DNA of 64,000 bases from Ignavibacteriota bacterium (GTDB taxonomy: Bacteria; Bacteroidota; Ignavibacteria; UBA10030; CAVZMI01): positions 1-64,000 of the forward strand of contig CAVZMI010000032.1 in NCBI GenBank assembly GCA_963776275.1, in the 5' to 3' direction. The number at the start of each line of letters is the position of its first letter. Position 1 is the first letter of the stretch. A program made the position numbers and the translations under genes. The notes under the pieces were generated by a model. The model saw only the letters and a list, made by a program, of their open reading frames with translations. It made no database searches and was not told the origin of the DNA. Positions 1 to 10,047 of the stretch are shown in pieces.

Positions 1-246
1 CCGAACTACCCGAATCCATTTAACCCAAGCACGACGATACAATTTTCGCTCCCACACGCAACATATGTAAAATTAAATATTTACTCTTCCCTTGGACAAG
101 AAGTAGCTCAGCTTTTGTCAGAGAATATGAATGCCGGCACATATACGAAAGAATGGGATGCATCAAGTTTGTCGAGCGGTATTTATTACTGCAGGTTAGA
201 AGCCAGTGGTTTTATTAAAACAAAGAAGCTTGTTCTCTTACGATGA
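1..246 (+). CDS. 3' end of T9SS C-terminal sorting domain protein (cassette 0, partial)
   Basis: Frame 1 reads PNYPNPFNPSTTIQFSLP...SSGIYYCRLEASGFIKTKKLVLLR* with TGA at 244-246. Confidence 0.9.
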   Translation, partial: PNYPNPFNPSTTIQFSLPHATYVKLNIYSSLGQEVAQLLSENMNAGTYTKEWDASSLSSGIYYCRLEASGFIKTKKLVLLR

Positions 247-258
247 AAAGGCAACTGC

Positions 259-389
259 GCATAACAGCACGCATTACGACGTTCACTTTTTAAATAGAAT
301 TTTTAGAGTTCACTCCACCCCGTTGCTCGCGGGAGAATGAATCGTTCATAGCTCGCAACGGGGCGGCGTAATGCGTGCACACGTTAGTT
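259..389 (+). repeat. attC site
   Basis: R'' GCATAAC 259-265; arms GCACGCATTACG / CGTAATGCGTGC; R' GTTAGTT 383-389. Confidence 0.9.
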
Positions 390-428
390 GTAATTGCCCG
401 CAATAATTAAAAGCAAGGAGTTAAATTA

Positions 429-2506
429 ATGAAAAACATACAAATGATTTTAGTGATTACAGTTTCTATCATCTTTGCCATAAGACCCTTACCTGCTCAA
501 TGGGTACAAACGGACGGACCCTACGGCGGCAATATCCACTGTTTTGCTGTCTCGGGCACGAATCTTTTTGCCGGAACTTCTCGCGGTATTTTTCTTTCCA
601 CCAACAATGGTACGAGCTGGACAGAAGCCAATGCAGGTTTGACGAATACTTATATCAATTGTTTTGCAGTTTCAGGCACGAATATTTTTGCCGGATCTTC
701 GGGCGGCGGTGTTTTTATTTCCGACAACAATGGCGAAGGCTGGTCAGATGTTAATATAGGGTTGACGAATACTTATATCAATTGTCTTGCAGTTTCAGGC
801 ACGAATCTTTTTGCCGGAACTTATGGCGGTGTTTTTATTTCCACCAATAATGGTGACAGCTGGACAGAAGTCAATGCAGGGTTGACAAATACTAATGTCC
901 ATGCTCTTGCTGTCTCAGGAACAAAAATATTTGCCGGAACTTGGGGCGGAGGCGTTTTTCTTTCTACCAATAATGGTGACAGCTGGACAGAAGTCAATAC
1001 CGGATTGACGAATACTGAAGTCCATGCTCTTGCTGATACACGGAACAGAAATTTTTGCCGGAACCTATGGCGGTGTTTTTCTTTCCACCAACAATGGTAC
1101 AAGCTGGACAGAAGTCAATACAGGATTGACGGATACTTATTGTCAATTGTTTTGCTGTATCAGGAACAAATCTTTTTGCAGGAACTTGGTTCGGCGTTTT
1201 TCTATCCACCAACAACGGTACAAGCTGGACAGAAGTCAATACAGGATTGACGGATACTAATATTAATGCTCTTGCATGACTTCGGGAAAAATCTTTTTGC
1301 CGGAACTTGGTGGCGGCGTTTTTCTTTCCACCAACAATGGCACATAGCTGGAAAAAGGTCAATACCGGATTGACGAATACTATTGTCTATGCTCTTGCTG
1401 TCTCAGGAACGAATCTTTTTGCCGGAACTTGGGACGGAGGCGTTTTTCTTTCCACCAACAACGGTGACAAGCTGGACGGAAGTCAATAACGGGTTGACGA
1501 GCGACTTATGTTCTAATGCTCTTGCAGTCACTGGCACGAATCTCTTTGCCGGAACTGGCGGCGGCGTTTTTCTTTCCACCAACAATGGTGCAAGTTGGAC
1601 TGAAGTCAACACAGGCTTGACAGAACGAGGTCCATGGCTCTTGCGGTACATGGCACGAATCTTTTTGCCGGGACTGAAGGCGGTGTTTTTCTTTCGACCA
1701 ACAACGGTGCAAGCTGGACTGCAGTCAATACAGGCTTGACGGATACTATATAGTTTGGCTCTTGCTATGATCAGACACGAATCTCTTTGCCGGGACTACA
1801 AGTCACGGCGTCTTTCTTTCGACCAACAACGGCACAAGCTGGACTGAAGTCAATACAGGCTTGACGAGTACTTAAGTCCATGCTCTTGCCGTCTCAGGGA
1901 CAAAGATCTTTTGCCGGAACTTGGTCCGGCGGCGTCTTTCTTTCCACAAACAACGGTACAAGCTGGACTGAAGTCAATACAGGATTGACGGATACATATA
2001 TTGAATGTCTTGCAATCTCAGACACGAATCTCTTTGTAGGGACTCCGTATGACGGCGTTTTTCTTTCCACAAACAATGGTACAAGCTGGATAAATATCAA
2101 TACTGGATTACCGGAGACCAGTAATGTCGGTGCTCTTGTAGTCTCAGGAACAAATCTTTTTACCGGAACTTTAGGCAGCGGCGTGTGGAAGCGGCCGTTG
2201 ACAGAAATGATTACTTCCATAGCGTACTCAAACAGTATGCCCTCTAGATTCAATCTTGAACAAAACTACCCGAATCCGTTCAATCCATCGACGACCATCG
2301 TATTTAGTCTTCCGTTAAGAACATTCGTATCTCTGAAGGTCTTCGATGCTTTAGGTCGAGAGGCGGCGACTATTATTTCTGAAGAACTGTCTGCTGGCAC
2401 TTACTCACGTCAATGGAAGGCAAAAGGATTTCCAAGTGGTGTGTATTTCTATCGATTACAAGCTGGTTCCTTCATGGAGACAAGAAAATTAATTTTTGTT
2501 AAATAA
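429..2506 (+). CDS. Secreted BNR/Asp-box repeat beta-propeller protein with T9SS CTD (cassette 1); multiple frameshifts/stops in this sequence
   Basis: Signal peptide, about 14 repeats of ~40 aa (LAVSGTNLFAGTxGGVFLSTNNGTSWTEVNTGLT) spread over ORFs 429-1250, 1024-1260, 1307-1489, 1383-1739 and 1880-2506, then NYPNPFNPSTTI CTD. Confidence 0.8.
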
Positions 2507-2518
2507 ACGGGCAACTGC

Positions 2519-2544
2519 AACTAACAGGTGTAAAAAAGTTGGCG
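2519..2544 (+). repeat. Truncated attC remnant
   Basis: R'' AACTAAC 2519-2525 followed after only 12 nt by GTTGGCG 2538-2544; no hairpin body. Confidence 0.5.
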
Positions 2545-2589
2545 GTGTGGAGATCGGAAGGACATTGCGTCACTCACAGATGAGAGGGA

Positions 2590-3072
2590 ATGAGTAACCC
2601 AGTGAACCCAAGTGAAGGCCAGCGATTAGCCAAATTGGCCAGGGCTGTTCGCGAGTCCACCCTGAAGCGGCTCCTTCAAGTGCCACTTGGCAAGGAAAAC
2701 TGGTGTCCCTTGTCAGACATGATGACTTGCGCTGATATCGCTCATCATATTGGCGAGTCAGATCAATGGCTATTTGAGAAACTGAAAAACGCGGCATTGC
2801 CGAAGATGGTGGGCAAGTCTGGAGAAGCAGAGCATCTGAGCCCTGAAGGGTTCCAAGATCTTGTAACGAGGTTGAGAGAGTCCGGCGTGCAGCGTACTGA
2901 ACTCCTTTCAACTCTGACCGATTCATTTCTTAATTCGCCGATGTTCGATGATCGATTTGGTGATGTCACAGTCTGGTGGGTAATCGTTCGCGGGAATCTC
3001 GATCACGAGGCCCATCATCGCGGGCAGCTGGCGGTTTATCTAAGGATGCTGCGACATGAAATAGGAAGTTGA
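2590..3072 (+). CDS. DinB family protein (cassette 2)
   Basis: 160 aa; 'IAHHI' and C-terminal 'HEAHHRGQLAVYLRML' DinB metal-binding motif. Confidence 0.85.
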   Translation: MSNPVNPSEGQRLAKLARAVRESTLKRLLQVPLGKENWCPLSDMMTCADIAHHIGESDQWLFEKLKNAALPKMVGKSGEAEHLSPEGFQDLVTRLRESGVQRTELLSTLTDSFLNSPMFDDRFGDVTVWWVIVRGNLDHEAHHRGQLAVYLRMLRHEIGS

Positions 3073-3106
3073 GGTTTACAGATTGAACGAGTGCAACGCA
3101 ACGGGC

Positions 3107-3233
3107 GCATAACACGCAAAAACACGACGCTGGGAATGGCGTTAGAAATAAAGCCGCGCTCACTACTTTTACTCACATAAATTAGTCATTCATGGTTTGT
3201 AAAAGTAGTGCGTGTTTTTGCAGGACGTTATAC
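3107..3233 (+). repeat. attC site (family C)
   Basis: R'' GCATAAC 3107-3113; arms GCAAAAACACG / CGTGTTTTTGC; R' GTTATAC 3227-3233. Confidence 0.9.
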
Positions 3234-3336
3234 GCCATTGCGTTGCTACACTAATGAAATCCAGATACATTCCATGGCAGCTCTGGGTGCAGGTGGCGCA
3301 AACTTCAACTCAATCAACATATAGAAAGAGAAAGTT

Positions 3337-3840
3337 ATGAAAACAAATTTTTTCATGTCGTTGCTTTTGCTCCTTTTCTTCGGATGTACCAAGCAAGAAT
3401 CCGCTCAAATGACTCCTCAAGAGCAGGACAATGCGAAAAAGGAGATCCGAGCGATTGCCAACCAGATCCTTCATGGTGCTGAAAACATGGACGTTGAAGC
3501 AGTTAGTCAGCCGTACCTGAACTCCCCTGACTTCATACAAATTAACACCGATGGATCGATGGTTGATTTTCAAGGGCGCAAGAACGGTACCACCGAGTTC
3601 CTCAAATCTCTAGTCTCTCTGAAATTCACAACCATCAAGGACGAGTTCAGATTTCTTCCAGACAACATAGTACTCTACGCTTGGCTCGGCAAATGTGAAA
3701 TGACGCTCAAAACGGGCGAACACTTGAACATTGACTCGTATGCAGCAACCGATGTATTCACCAAGATGATCAACCAATGGAAAATCATTTACTCGCACGA
3801 GTCCGCATCGCCAGCGGTTCAGGAGAAACCTAAGAAATAG
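3337..3840 (+). CDS. NTF2-like/SnoaL-like (DUF4440-type) lipoprotein (cassette 3, ORF a)
   Basis: Lipobox FFGC; C-terminal 'QWKIIYSHES' typical of NTF2-like fold. Confidence 0.75.
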   Translation: MKTNFFMSLLLLLFFGCTKQESAQMTPQEQDNAKKEIRAIANQILHGAENMDVEAVSQPYLNSPDFIQINTDGSMVDFQGRKNGTTEFLKSLVSLKFTTIKDEFRFLPDNIVLYAWLGKCEMTLKTGEHLNIDSYAATDVFTKMINQWKIIYSHESASPAVQEKPKK

Positions 3841-3906
3841 GCACGCATTGAATCGATATATTCGACTCTCAGCGATGCAATCACTTATCACTCACAGGAG
3901 GTTTAC

Positions 3907-4440
3907 ATGAAAACAATTAGGTGCTTCGGTGCAATCATCGCTTGTTTGTTGCTCATTCTAATGACTTCATGTCAAGACCAACAGGCTAAAGAAGAACTGG
4001 CTAAATTCAAGCAGGGTGAATCATTAAAGGCAACCAATATTGAGCTTGCCAAAAAGTTCTACAAGTACCTTGATGCAGTGAATCTTGATTCTCTCAGAAT
4101 CATGTGTACTTCCGATGCAAAGATCTTCTACGAGTCCGGTGCCCCAATGTCTTTTGCCGATATGGAACCGCTTATAAAAACGTTTTACACATCCTTTCCA
4201 GACTACAAGCATGAGATTCAGGATCTTTTCGCTGCAGATGACAAAGTAGTTGCTCGAATTTCCTATACAGCTACCTTCGCCAAGAAATTCATGGATATCA
4301 AGCCAAATGGCGCCAAATTTACATACAAAGGTATCCAGATATTCCAGTTTGCCAATAACAAGGTATCAAACTTCTGGGGCGTTGAGGATGAATTGGGAAT
4401 GATGACACAACTAGGTATGGAGCTGAAGCTAAAGAAATAG
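3907..4440 (+). CDS. SnoaL-like ester cyclase family lipoprotein (cassette 3, ORF b)
   Basis: Lipobox MTSC; 'SFPDYKHEIQDLFAADDKVVAR...FMDIKPNG...DELGMMTQLG'. Confidence 0.85.
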   Translation: MKTIRCFGAIIACLLLILMTSCQDQQAKEELAKFKQGESLKATNIELAKKFYKYLDAVNLDSLRIMCTSDAKIFYESGAPMSFADMEPLIKTFYTSFPDYKHEIQDLFAADDKVVARISYTATFAKKFMDIKPNGAKFTYKGIQIFQFANNKVSNFWGVEDELGMMTQLGMELKLKK

Positions 4441-4497
4441 TCGCGTGCAAGTGTCTGCGTCCCAGTGTGTTCGATACCGGCACGCAACGCAACGAAC

Positions 4498-4629
4498 GCA
4501 TAACAAACGGCACAACGACGCTGGATAAAGTCATTGCCAATAAAAGCCTCGCTCAACACTTTTGCTTCACAGACAATTTGTCTATTTGTAGTTCGCAAAA
4601 GTGCTGCGTGTTGCCGCTGGACGTTATGC
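4498..4629 (+). repeat. attC site (family C)
   Basis: R'' GCATAAC 4498-4504; arms CGGCACAACG / CGTGTTGCCG; R' GTTATGC 4623-4629; body similar to 3107-3233. Confidence 0.88.
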
Positions 4630-4688
4630 GTCATGGCCGCCCGCTGTCTATAGTGGAGAGGATGGGGTGAAACGAGAAGGAGTATAAA

Positions 4689-5255
4689 GTGAAATCAATT
4701 GTTTTTACTTGTGTTCTCTGCATCATTTTGTTTGGGTGCAAACAACCCTCAGAGCCAACGTCATTGGTTCCATTGACTGCAGCGGCAAAATTTGTTGATG
4801 TTAACTCTTTTGCTATGTCCTACAAACAAGGAATAGCACTTGCGACGGTAACGAGTCACGATGTAAGCATTGAGGGGCTATCAGATAATTGGCAGTATTT
4901 ATATATAGACACTATCACAACAGTACTACCAAGAAGATACTATTTTCATGCTAATTCAAACGGTGTTGGATTTGATAGTAGTACTGCAATATTTGAGGGT
5001 CTTTATTTAATCACTCTTAGTTGGTTTGATAGCGACTCGGCTGTTTATATAGCTGAAAAGAATGGAGGGTCTCAATTTAGGAGTAATTATCCGAATTCTA
5101 CAATCGATGCTTTCCTTGGTGGGGCGGTTTTTCCCAAAACAGCGTCAGATTGGTATATAAGTTATAGTTATTTTTTGAATGACGGTCATGAGAAGTTTCT
5201 TATGTTAGTAATCGATGCTAACACGGGCGATGTAAAATCCAGAAGCACTGATTGA
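4689..5255 (+). CDS. Hypothetical lipoprotein (cassette 4)
   Basis: GTG start after AAGGAG; lipobox LFGC; PepSY-like 'VIDANTG' ending. Confidence 0.75.
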   Translation: MKSIVFTCVLCIILFGCKQPSEPTSLVPLTAAAKFVDVNSFAMSYKQGIALATVTSHDVSIEGLSDNWQYLYIDTITTVLPRRYYFHANSNGVGFDSSTAIFEGLYLITLSWFDSDSAVYIAEKNGGSQFRSNYPNSTIDAFLGGAVFPKTASDWYISYSYFLNDGHEKFLMLVIDANTGDVKSRSTD

Positions 5256-5289
5256 TCACTGCAAATATAAATTGCGGGCGGCCACGAAC

Positions 5290-5451
5290 GCATAACAACA
5301 CAAACTACGTCACTCACACATTTGCCAAGCGAAATAGAAATCGGGGTGATTATATTATTGTGTTCGTTACACCTCGCCCCGGGGCAAATATTAAATGAGT
5401 CATCTGCTAAATTACTGGGTCGAGGCGTCGTAGTTTGTGCAGACGTTAGTT
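5290..5451 (+). repeat. attC site (family B)
   Basis: R'' GCATAAC 5290-5296; arms CACAAACTACG / CGTAGTTTGTG; R' GTTAGTT 5445-5451. Confidence 0.9.
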
Positions 5452-5488
5452 GCAATTGCCCTTACCAAAAATCTAAAAGGAGGTTATT

Positions 5489-6811
5489 ATGAAAAATTGT
5501 TTGATCATGTTGGCGTCCTTGGTTTTATTCTTTACAGTTGGGAATGCCCAGCAAGGTTGGGTCTCGCAGACATCTCCGCTCGGCGCGCAAGGATATGGAG
5601 AGATTCAATTTGTGAGTCCGACTGAAGGATGGATTGTGGCAAGAAATGGACTGTTGATTCACACGACGAACTTCGGAGCGACATGGTCTGTCGATACTGC
5701 CTCTGGAACTGATACGGTCTTTGTCCTGAATGATCCGTCACGATCGATGAGTTTCGTTAATGACGTTACCGGGTGGATGATCGGTAGCTTGGGAAGCACC
5801 TCCGCATCGAAGGGGGCCATTCTTTACAATACTACGAACAGTGGAACATCGTGGAGCAAGCAATTGCTGGCTCCATGGTCAATGGGTTTGTTCGTTCAAT
5901 TTGTTGACGCTAACAATGGCTGGGCCGTTGTCGCGAATGGAACAGGGCTGAACAATATTGCCGGCGGTGCCGTACTTCATACAACCAATGGAGGTGCCAG
6001 CTGGGATTCACTCCCCGACCCTCCACAAGGCATAACATATTTCATTGACGCTAACAATGGCTGGAGCTTCGGCGGCGATACCATCAATTATGTTTGGCAC
6101 ACGACGAACGGCGGAACAAACTGGAGTAATCAAATTACCGATAGCTCAAGCGGTGGATTTAATGCCATGCAGTTCGTGGACGCCAACAATGGTTGGGTCG
6201 TAGGTGGCTCTGGAAAGATATTTCACACAACCAACGGCGGGACGAACTGGACACGAATTACCAACACTGGAAATAATTCCGGACACAAGGCTGTCTTCTT
6301 TCTCAATGCGGATGTCGGTTGGGTCGGAGGTCGTCAGTATGATGAGAACCAGGGTCAGGGAATCATCCTTCACACGACGGATGCAGGTGAATCGTGGACA
6401 ATTCAAAATACGCCGGCGCAAGAGGGCATTTTTAGCATCTATTTTATCGATGCCAACAATGGATGGCTGACAGGCGACCAAGGTGCCCTTGCTAAGACGA
6501 CGACGGGCGGATCGACATCTGTGCGAGAAAGTGGCTCTTCTTTACCGGGTCATTTTGACCTCATGCAGAATTATCCAAACCCATTCAATCCGTCAACGGT
6601 AATTAGCTATCAGCTTTCAACAGTCAGCAAAGTGACTCTGAAAGTCTATGATGTACTCGGAAGAGAAATTGAAACCCTGGTAGACGAACGCCAGAGTGTG
6701 GGAACTCATTCGGTTTCCTTCGACGCAAGCAACGTGCCGAGTGGAGTGTACTTCTACCAGTTGCAGGCTGGCGGTGCAGCTCAAACCAAGAAGCTTGTGG
6801 TGATCAAATGA
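5489..6811 (+). CDS. YCF48/Hcf136-like beta-propeller protein with T9SS CTD (cassette 5)
   Basis: Signal peptide; repeated FVDANNGW...HTTNGGxxW blades; NYPNPFNPSTVI CTD. Confidence 0.88.
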   Translation: MKNCLIMLASLVLFFTVGNAQQGWVSQTSPLGAQGYGEIQFVSPTEGWIVARNGLLIHTTNFGATWSVDTASGTDTVFVLNDPSRSMSFVNDVTGWMIGSLGSTSASKGAILYNTTNSGTSWSKQLLAPWSMGLFVQFVDANNGWAVVANGTGLNNIAGGAVLHTTNGGASWDSLPDPPQGITYFIDANNGWSFGGDTINYVWHTTNGGTNWSNQITDSSSGGFNAMQFVDANNGWVVGGSGKIFHTTNGGTNWTRITNTGNNSGHKAVFFLNADVGWVGGRQYDENQGQGIILHTTDAGESWTIQNTPAQEGIFSIYFIDANNGWLTGDQGALAKTTTGGSTSVRESGSSLPGHFDLMQNYPNPFNPSTVISYQLSTVSKVTLKVYDVLGREIETLVDERQSVGTHSVSFDASNVPSGVYFYQLQAGGAAQTKKLVVIK

Positions 6812-6823
6812 ACGGGCAACTGC

Positions 6824-6960
6824 AACTAACAACACAAACCACGACACTCACACATTTGTATATAATATAGAGTTCGTTCAACCCCGCACCGAGACAAATA
6901 TGAAATGAGTCATTTGCAAGGAATCGGTGCGGGACTGCGTAACCACGCCATACGTTATAT
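6824..6960 (+). repeat. attC site (family B, arms mismatched)
   Basis: R'' AACTAAC 6824-6830; R' GTTATAT 6954-6960; body shares CACACATTTG / AAATGAGTCATTTGC with 5290 and 7698 sites. Confidence 0.8.
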
Positions 6961-6998
6961 GACATTGAATATTTTTAGATTATTACAGGAGGTATATT

Positions 6999-7703
6999 AT
7001 GAACTTTGATCCTAAAGTTTTTGGAGAAGGTTTTCACAGATTTGTTCAAATGGAAATTGACATATTCGGAATTCCTTTAAGTATAATTTTTCATATCGCT
7101 ACATTGGTAATTTTGTATTTGGTTTTTAGATATGGAAATAAATACAGGAAATTGTTTGCCATATACTTTGCTTTTAACTGGTTTTTTCTTTTTGGCTATT
7201 GGGGTGTTTACGCTATGTTTTACTGGTCAAAAATAGGTATACCATATTTAGCTTCATTTATATTAACTCCTTTTTTGTTAGGTTTTATCGTCTTTTATTG
7301 GACAAAAGAAATTATCAATCCTAAATTCGACTTGGATTTTAAAGATGTAAAAGGATATAAATTCGTTGTCTTATTAATTATGATATGGGGATTCTGGTAT
7401 CCAACATATATTTATGGACAAGGTTTCATATTTTGTTTAAAGGATACTTTATTGTCAAATTATGGTTTGATGCCATGTCCGACAACAATGGTTATTCTTA
7501 GTCTTATGACATTAAATTATCCGAAAGGGAATAGATCACTTTTTAATTTATTCACAATCTATGCACTTTTTATAGGAACCGCGGTTGTTGCATCTGGATG
7601 GTTACCTGATATACCTTTTATTATTCTTGGGATATATTCACTATCCTTAATTTTGTATAATAAAGTGAGAGGGATCAAAGGCAAAAAAGTCAACGTCATA
7701 TAA
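6999..7703 (+). CDS. AT-rich multi-pass membrane protein, DUF6064-like (cassette 6)
   Basis: Several hydrophobic helices; 'GLMPCPTT' motif; stop codon lies inside the attC R'' box (ATATAAC), typical of cassettes. Confidence 0.65.
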   Translation: MNFDPKVFGEGFHRFVQMEIDIFGIPLSIIFHIATLVILYLVFRYGNKYRKLFAIYFAFNWFFLFGYWGVYAMFYWSKIGIPYLASFILTPFLLGFIVFYWTKEIINPKFDLDFKDVKGYKFVVLLIMIWGFWYPTYIYGQGFIFCLKDTLLSNYGLMPCPTTMVILSLMTLNYPKGNRSLFNLFTIYALFIGTAVVASGWLPDIPFIILGIYSLSLILYNKVRGIKGKKVNVI

Positions 7704-7857
7704 CAATACAAATTACGTCGTTCACTCATTTGCTAAGCTAAATAATACCGAAAAGATTATATTATTGTGTTCACTCAATCCCGCCACGGATCAAGTATTA
7801 AATGAGTCATTTGCTAATTACCGTGGCGGGCCTGCGTAATTTGTGTGAACGTTAAAC
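7698..7857 (+). repeat. attC site (family B)
   Basis: R'' ATATAAC 7698-7704; arms ACAAATTACG / CGTAATTTGT; R' GTTAAAC 7851-7857. Confidence 0.9.
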
Positions 7858-7929
7858 GAAATATCGCCCTATTGGGGTTGTGCCATCCTTGACTAATAAG
7901 TTATCTTTTATGTTGAAAGGAAGTCAATT

Positions 7930-8460
7930 ATGGAAGTTAAAACGGCACGAAGATTATTGAAGATTATTAAATTCTGTATCAAAAGAGTTTTTCCCGGTTT
8001 ATTAATTGCAATATCTATTTTTTGGTTCATACAACCTAAATGGAATTTCTTAAATATGCCTTATGATAGATTACTTGGGATTGCTTGGATTAGTATGGTG
8101 CCTCTTATAATTGCCCTTAATTTTTTTGAAGAGGTAGTAGAAGGAATAATCAGCAAGCGTAAACGTGGTCGATTTATTAAAGAAGAAGCTAACTGGTGGT
8201 GGGAACACCCTCGAGGGAAAAGAGTAATAATAACAGATAAAAATACCGGAGAAATAATTGGAGCAATAAAAAATGAACAGTTGAAATTTTTGATTGATGT
8301 TTTTACTAAAGAAGATATGGAAGAGAATGATTTTTGTTTTATAAACGAATTATTTGATATTTTTGTTGAAGAAAAGAAACCCGATCCATCCCTAATAGAA
8401 TTCATTCGGAATGCTTTAAAGGATAAAGACGAAATTATATTACATTGGGAAAAAGAATAA
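7930..8460 (+). CDS. Hypothetical membrane protein (cassette 7)
   Basis: 176 aa AT-rich ORF, two N-terminal hydrophobic segments. Confidence 0.7.
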   Translation: MEVKTARRLLKIIKFCIKRVFPGLLIAISIFWFIQPKWNFLNMPYDRLLGIAWISMVPLIIALNFFEEVVEGIISKRKRGRFIKEEANWWWEHPRGKRVIITDKNTGEIIGAIKNEQLKFLIDVFTKEDMEENDFCFINELFDIFVEEKKPDPSLIEFIRNALKDKDEIILHWEKE

Positions 8461-8488
8461 TAACCGTCCGTGGCACGGACGATACTTC

Positions 8489-8594
8489 GTTTAACACGCA
8501 AAATAACGATCCCGCCTCCCTTCGACGGGAATTGCCACAGGCAATTCCCGCTCAGGGCGGGCCGACGGGTCACTACTTTTGCGAACCGTTAGTT
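8489..8594 (+). repeat. attC site with nested palindromic insert
   Basis: R'' GTTTAAC 8489-8495; arms CGCAAAA / TTTTGCG; R' GTTAGTT 8588-8594. Confidence 0.85.
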
Positions 8595-8657
8595 GCAATT
8601 GCCCTTTAAACCATAAAAAAAACTGGCTTATTACTATTGCACAAAAGGAGAATTATT

Positions 8658-9933
8658 ATGAAACGATTGCATCTTCTGTTTTTCTTTATGGTCAGCACCT
8701 CGGCATTTGTTTATTCCCAGATTCCTTCCATTACTTCCTTTACGCCATTATCCGGGCCCATTGGCACAAGCGTTACTATCATCGGCACAAACTTCAGTCC
8801 AACGGCGGAGAATAACATAGTTTTTTTTGGTGCGGCGAGGGCTACGGTTACGTCATCCAGTTCGTCTTCGCTCACTGTGATGGTACCTGTTGGCGCAACT
8901 TACGCGTCTTTTACTGTCACTGTTGGTGGATTAACCGGTTATTCAGCCTATCCTTTTATAGTAACATTTGCTGGAGGGAGCATTTCATTCGATCCAAAGG
9001 TGGAATTTACAACAGGTTCCTGGCCAGCTAGCGTTCATATAAGTGATTTAGATGGAGATGGCAAGTCAGATCTGGTGACAACGAATTTTGGTGATTCTAA
9101 AGTTTCCGTGTTTCGGAATATAAGCTCTATCGGCAATATTACTAGCAGTTCTTTCGCCGCTAAAGTTGATTTTGAGACTGGCTTTGAGACCTGCCGGTTT
9201 AGATATAGATGATTTGGATGGAGACGGTAAGCTTGATCTAGTAATTGCAAATTGCGACAACAGAAGCTCTACAGTTTCTGTGTTTCGGAACACAAGCTCT
9301 AGTGACAGCTTTACGACCAGTTCTCTTGCCAGCAGGGTGGATTTTGCGGCAGGCGTTAGACCCGATGGTACCGCGATAGGTGATTTGGATGGAGACGGCA
9401 AGCCTGATGTGGTAGCTGCGAATGATAGGTCAAGAGATTCAGTTTCAATATTTCGGAATACGAGTTCCAGCGGAAATATTACGAGCAACTCGTTTGCTAC
9501 GAAGATGGATTTTACGACAGGTGTTAGACCCGATGGTGTTGCTATAGGTGATTTGGATGGAGATGGAAAACCTGATATTGTAACTGCGAACAACCTTAGC
9601 AATACAGTCTCCGTTCTTCGGAATAGCTCATCTTCAACCGGATTCAATTCTGATCAAAGCAAGATTCCTACTGTATATTCTCTCGATCAAAATTATCCCA
9701 ATCCCTTCAATCCGTCAACTAACATTTCATTCAGTATTCCGTCAAAATCGTTTGTGTCACTGAAAGTCTTTGATGCTTTAGGGAGAGAAGTGGCGGTACT
9801 TGTTTCCGAAGAGCTGCCCGCTGGAACATATTCACGCCAATGGAATGCAACGCAAATATCAAGTGGAGTGTATTTTTATCGTCTACAAGCTGACTCATTT
9901 ACAGAAACAAAGAAACTTGTATTACTGAGGTAA
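8658..9933 (+). CDS. IPT/TIG + FG-GAP repeat protein with T9SS CTD (cassette 8); frameshift near 9190
   Basis: 'PSITSFTPLSGPIGTSVTIIGTNF' (IPT), four 'DLDGDGKxD' repeats, NYPNPFNPST CTD; split over ORFs 8637-9212 and 9166-9933. Confidence 0.85.
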
Positions 9934-9938
9934 CGGGC

Positions 9939-10036
9939 CTGCACGCCGACCTGTTCGCCGGAGTTCGTTTTGTGAACGGAGGCGAAAGGGCTGCGTTTCG
10001 GCCCGCAGGCCTGCCTGCGTGCCTCCGGCAGGCAGG
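9939..10036 (+). repeat. REP-like palindromic insertion
   Basis: CCTGCACGCCGA...TCGGCCCGCAGG and CCTGCCTGC-N9-GCAGGCAGG hairpins, flanked by CGGGC direct repeats. Confidence 0.7.
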
Positions 10037-10047
10037 CGGGCAACTGC

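Noticed and set aside
540-2200. ~120-bp tandem repeats as a CRISPR array
   Set aside because: Repeats are contiguous protein-coding propeller blades with no unique spacers and no cas genes.
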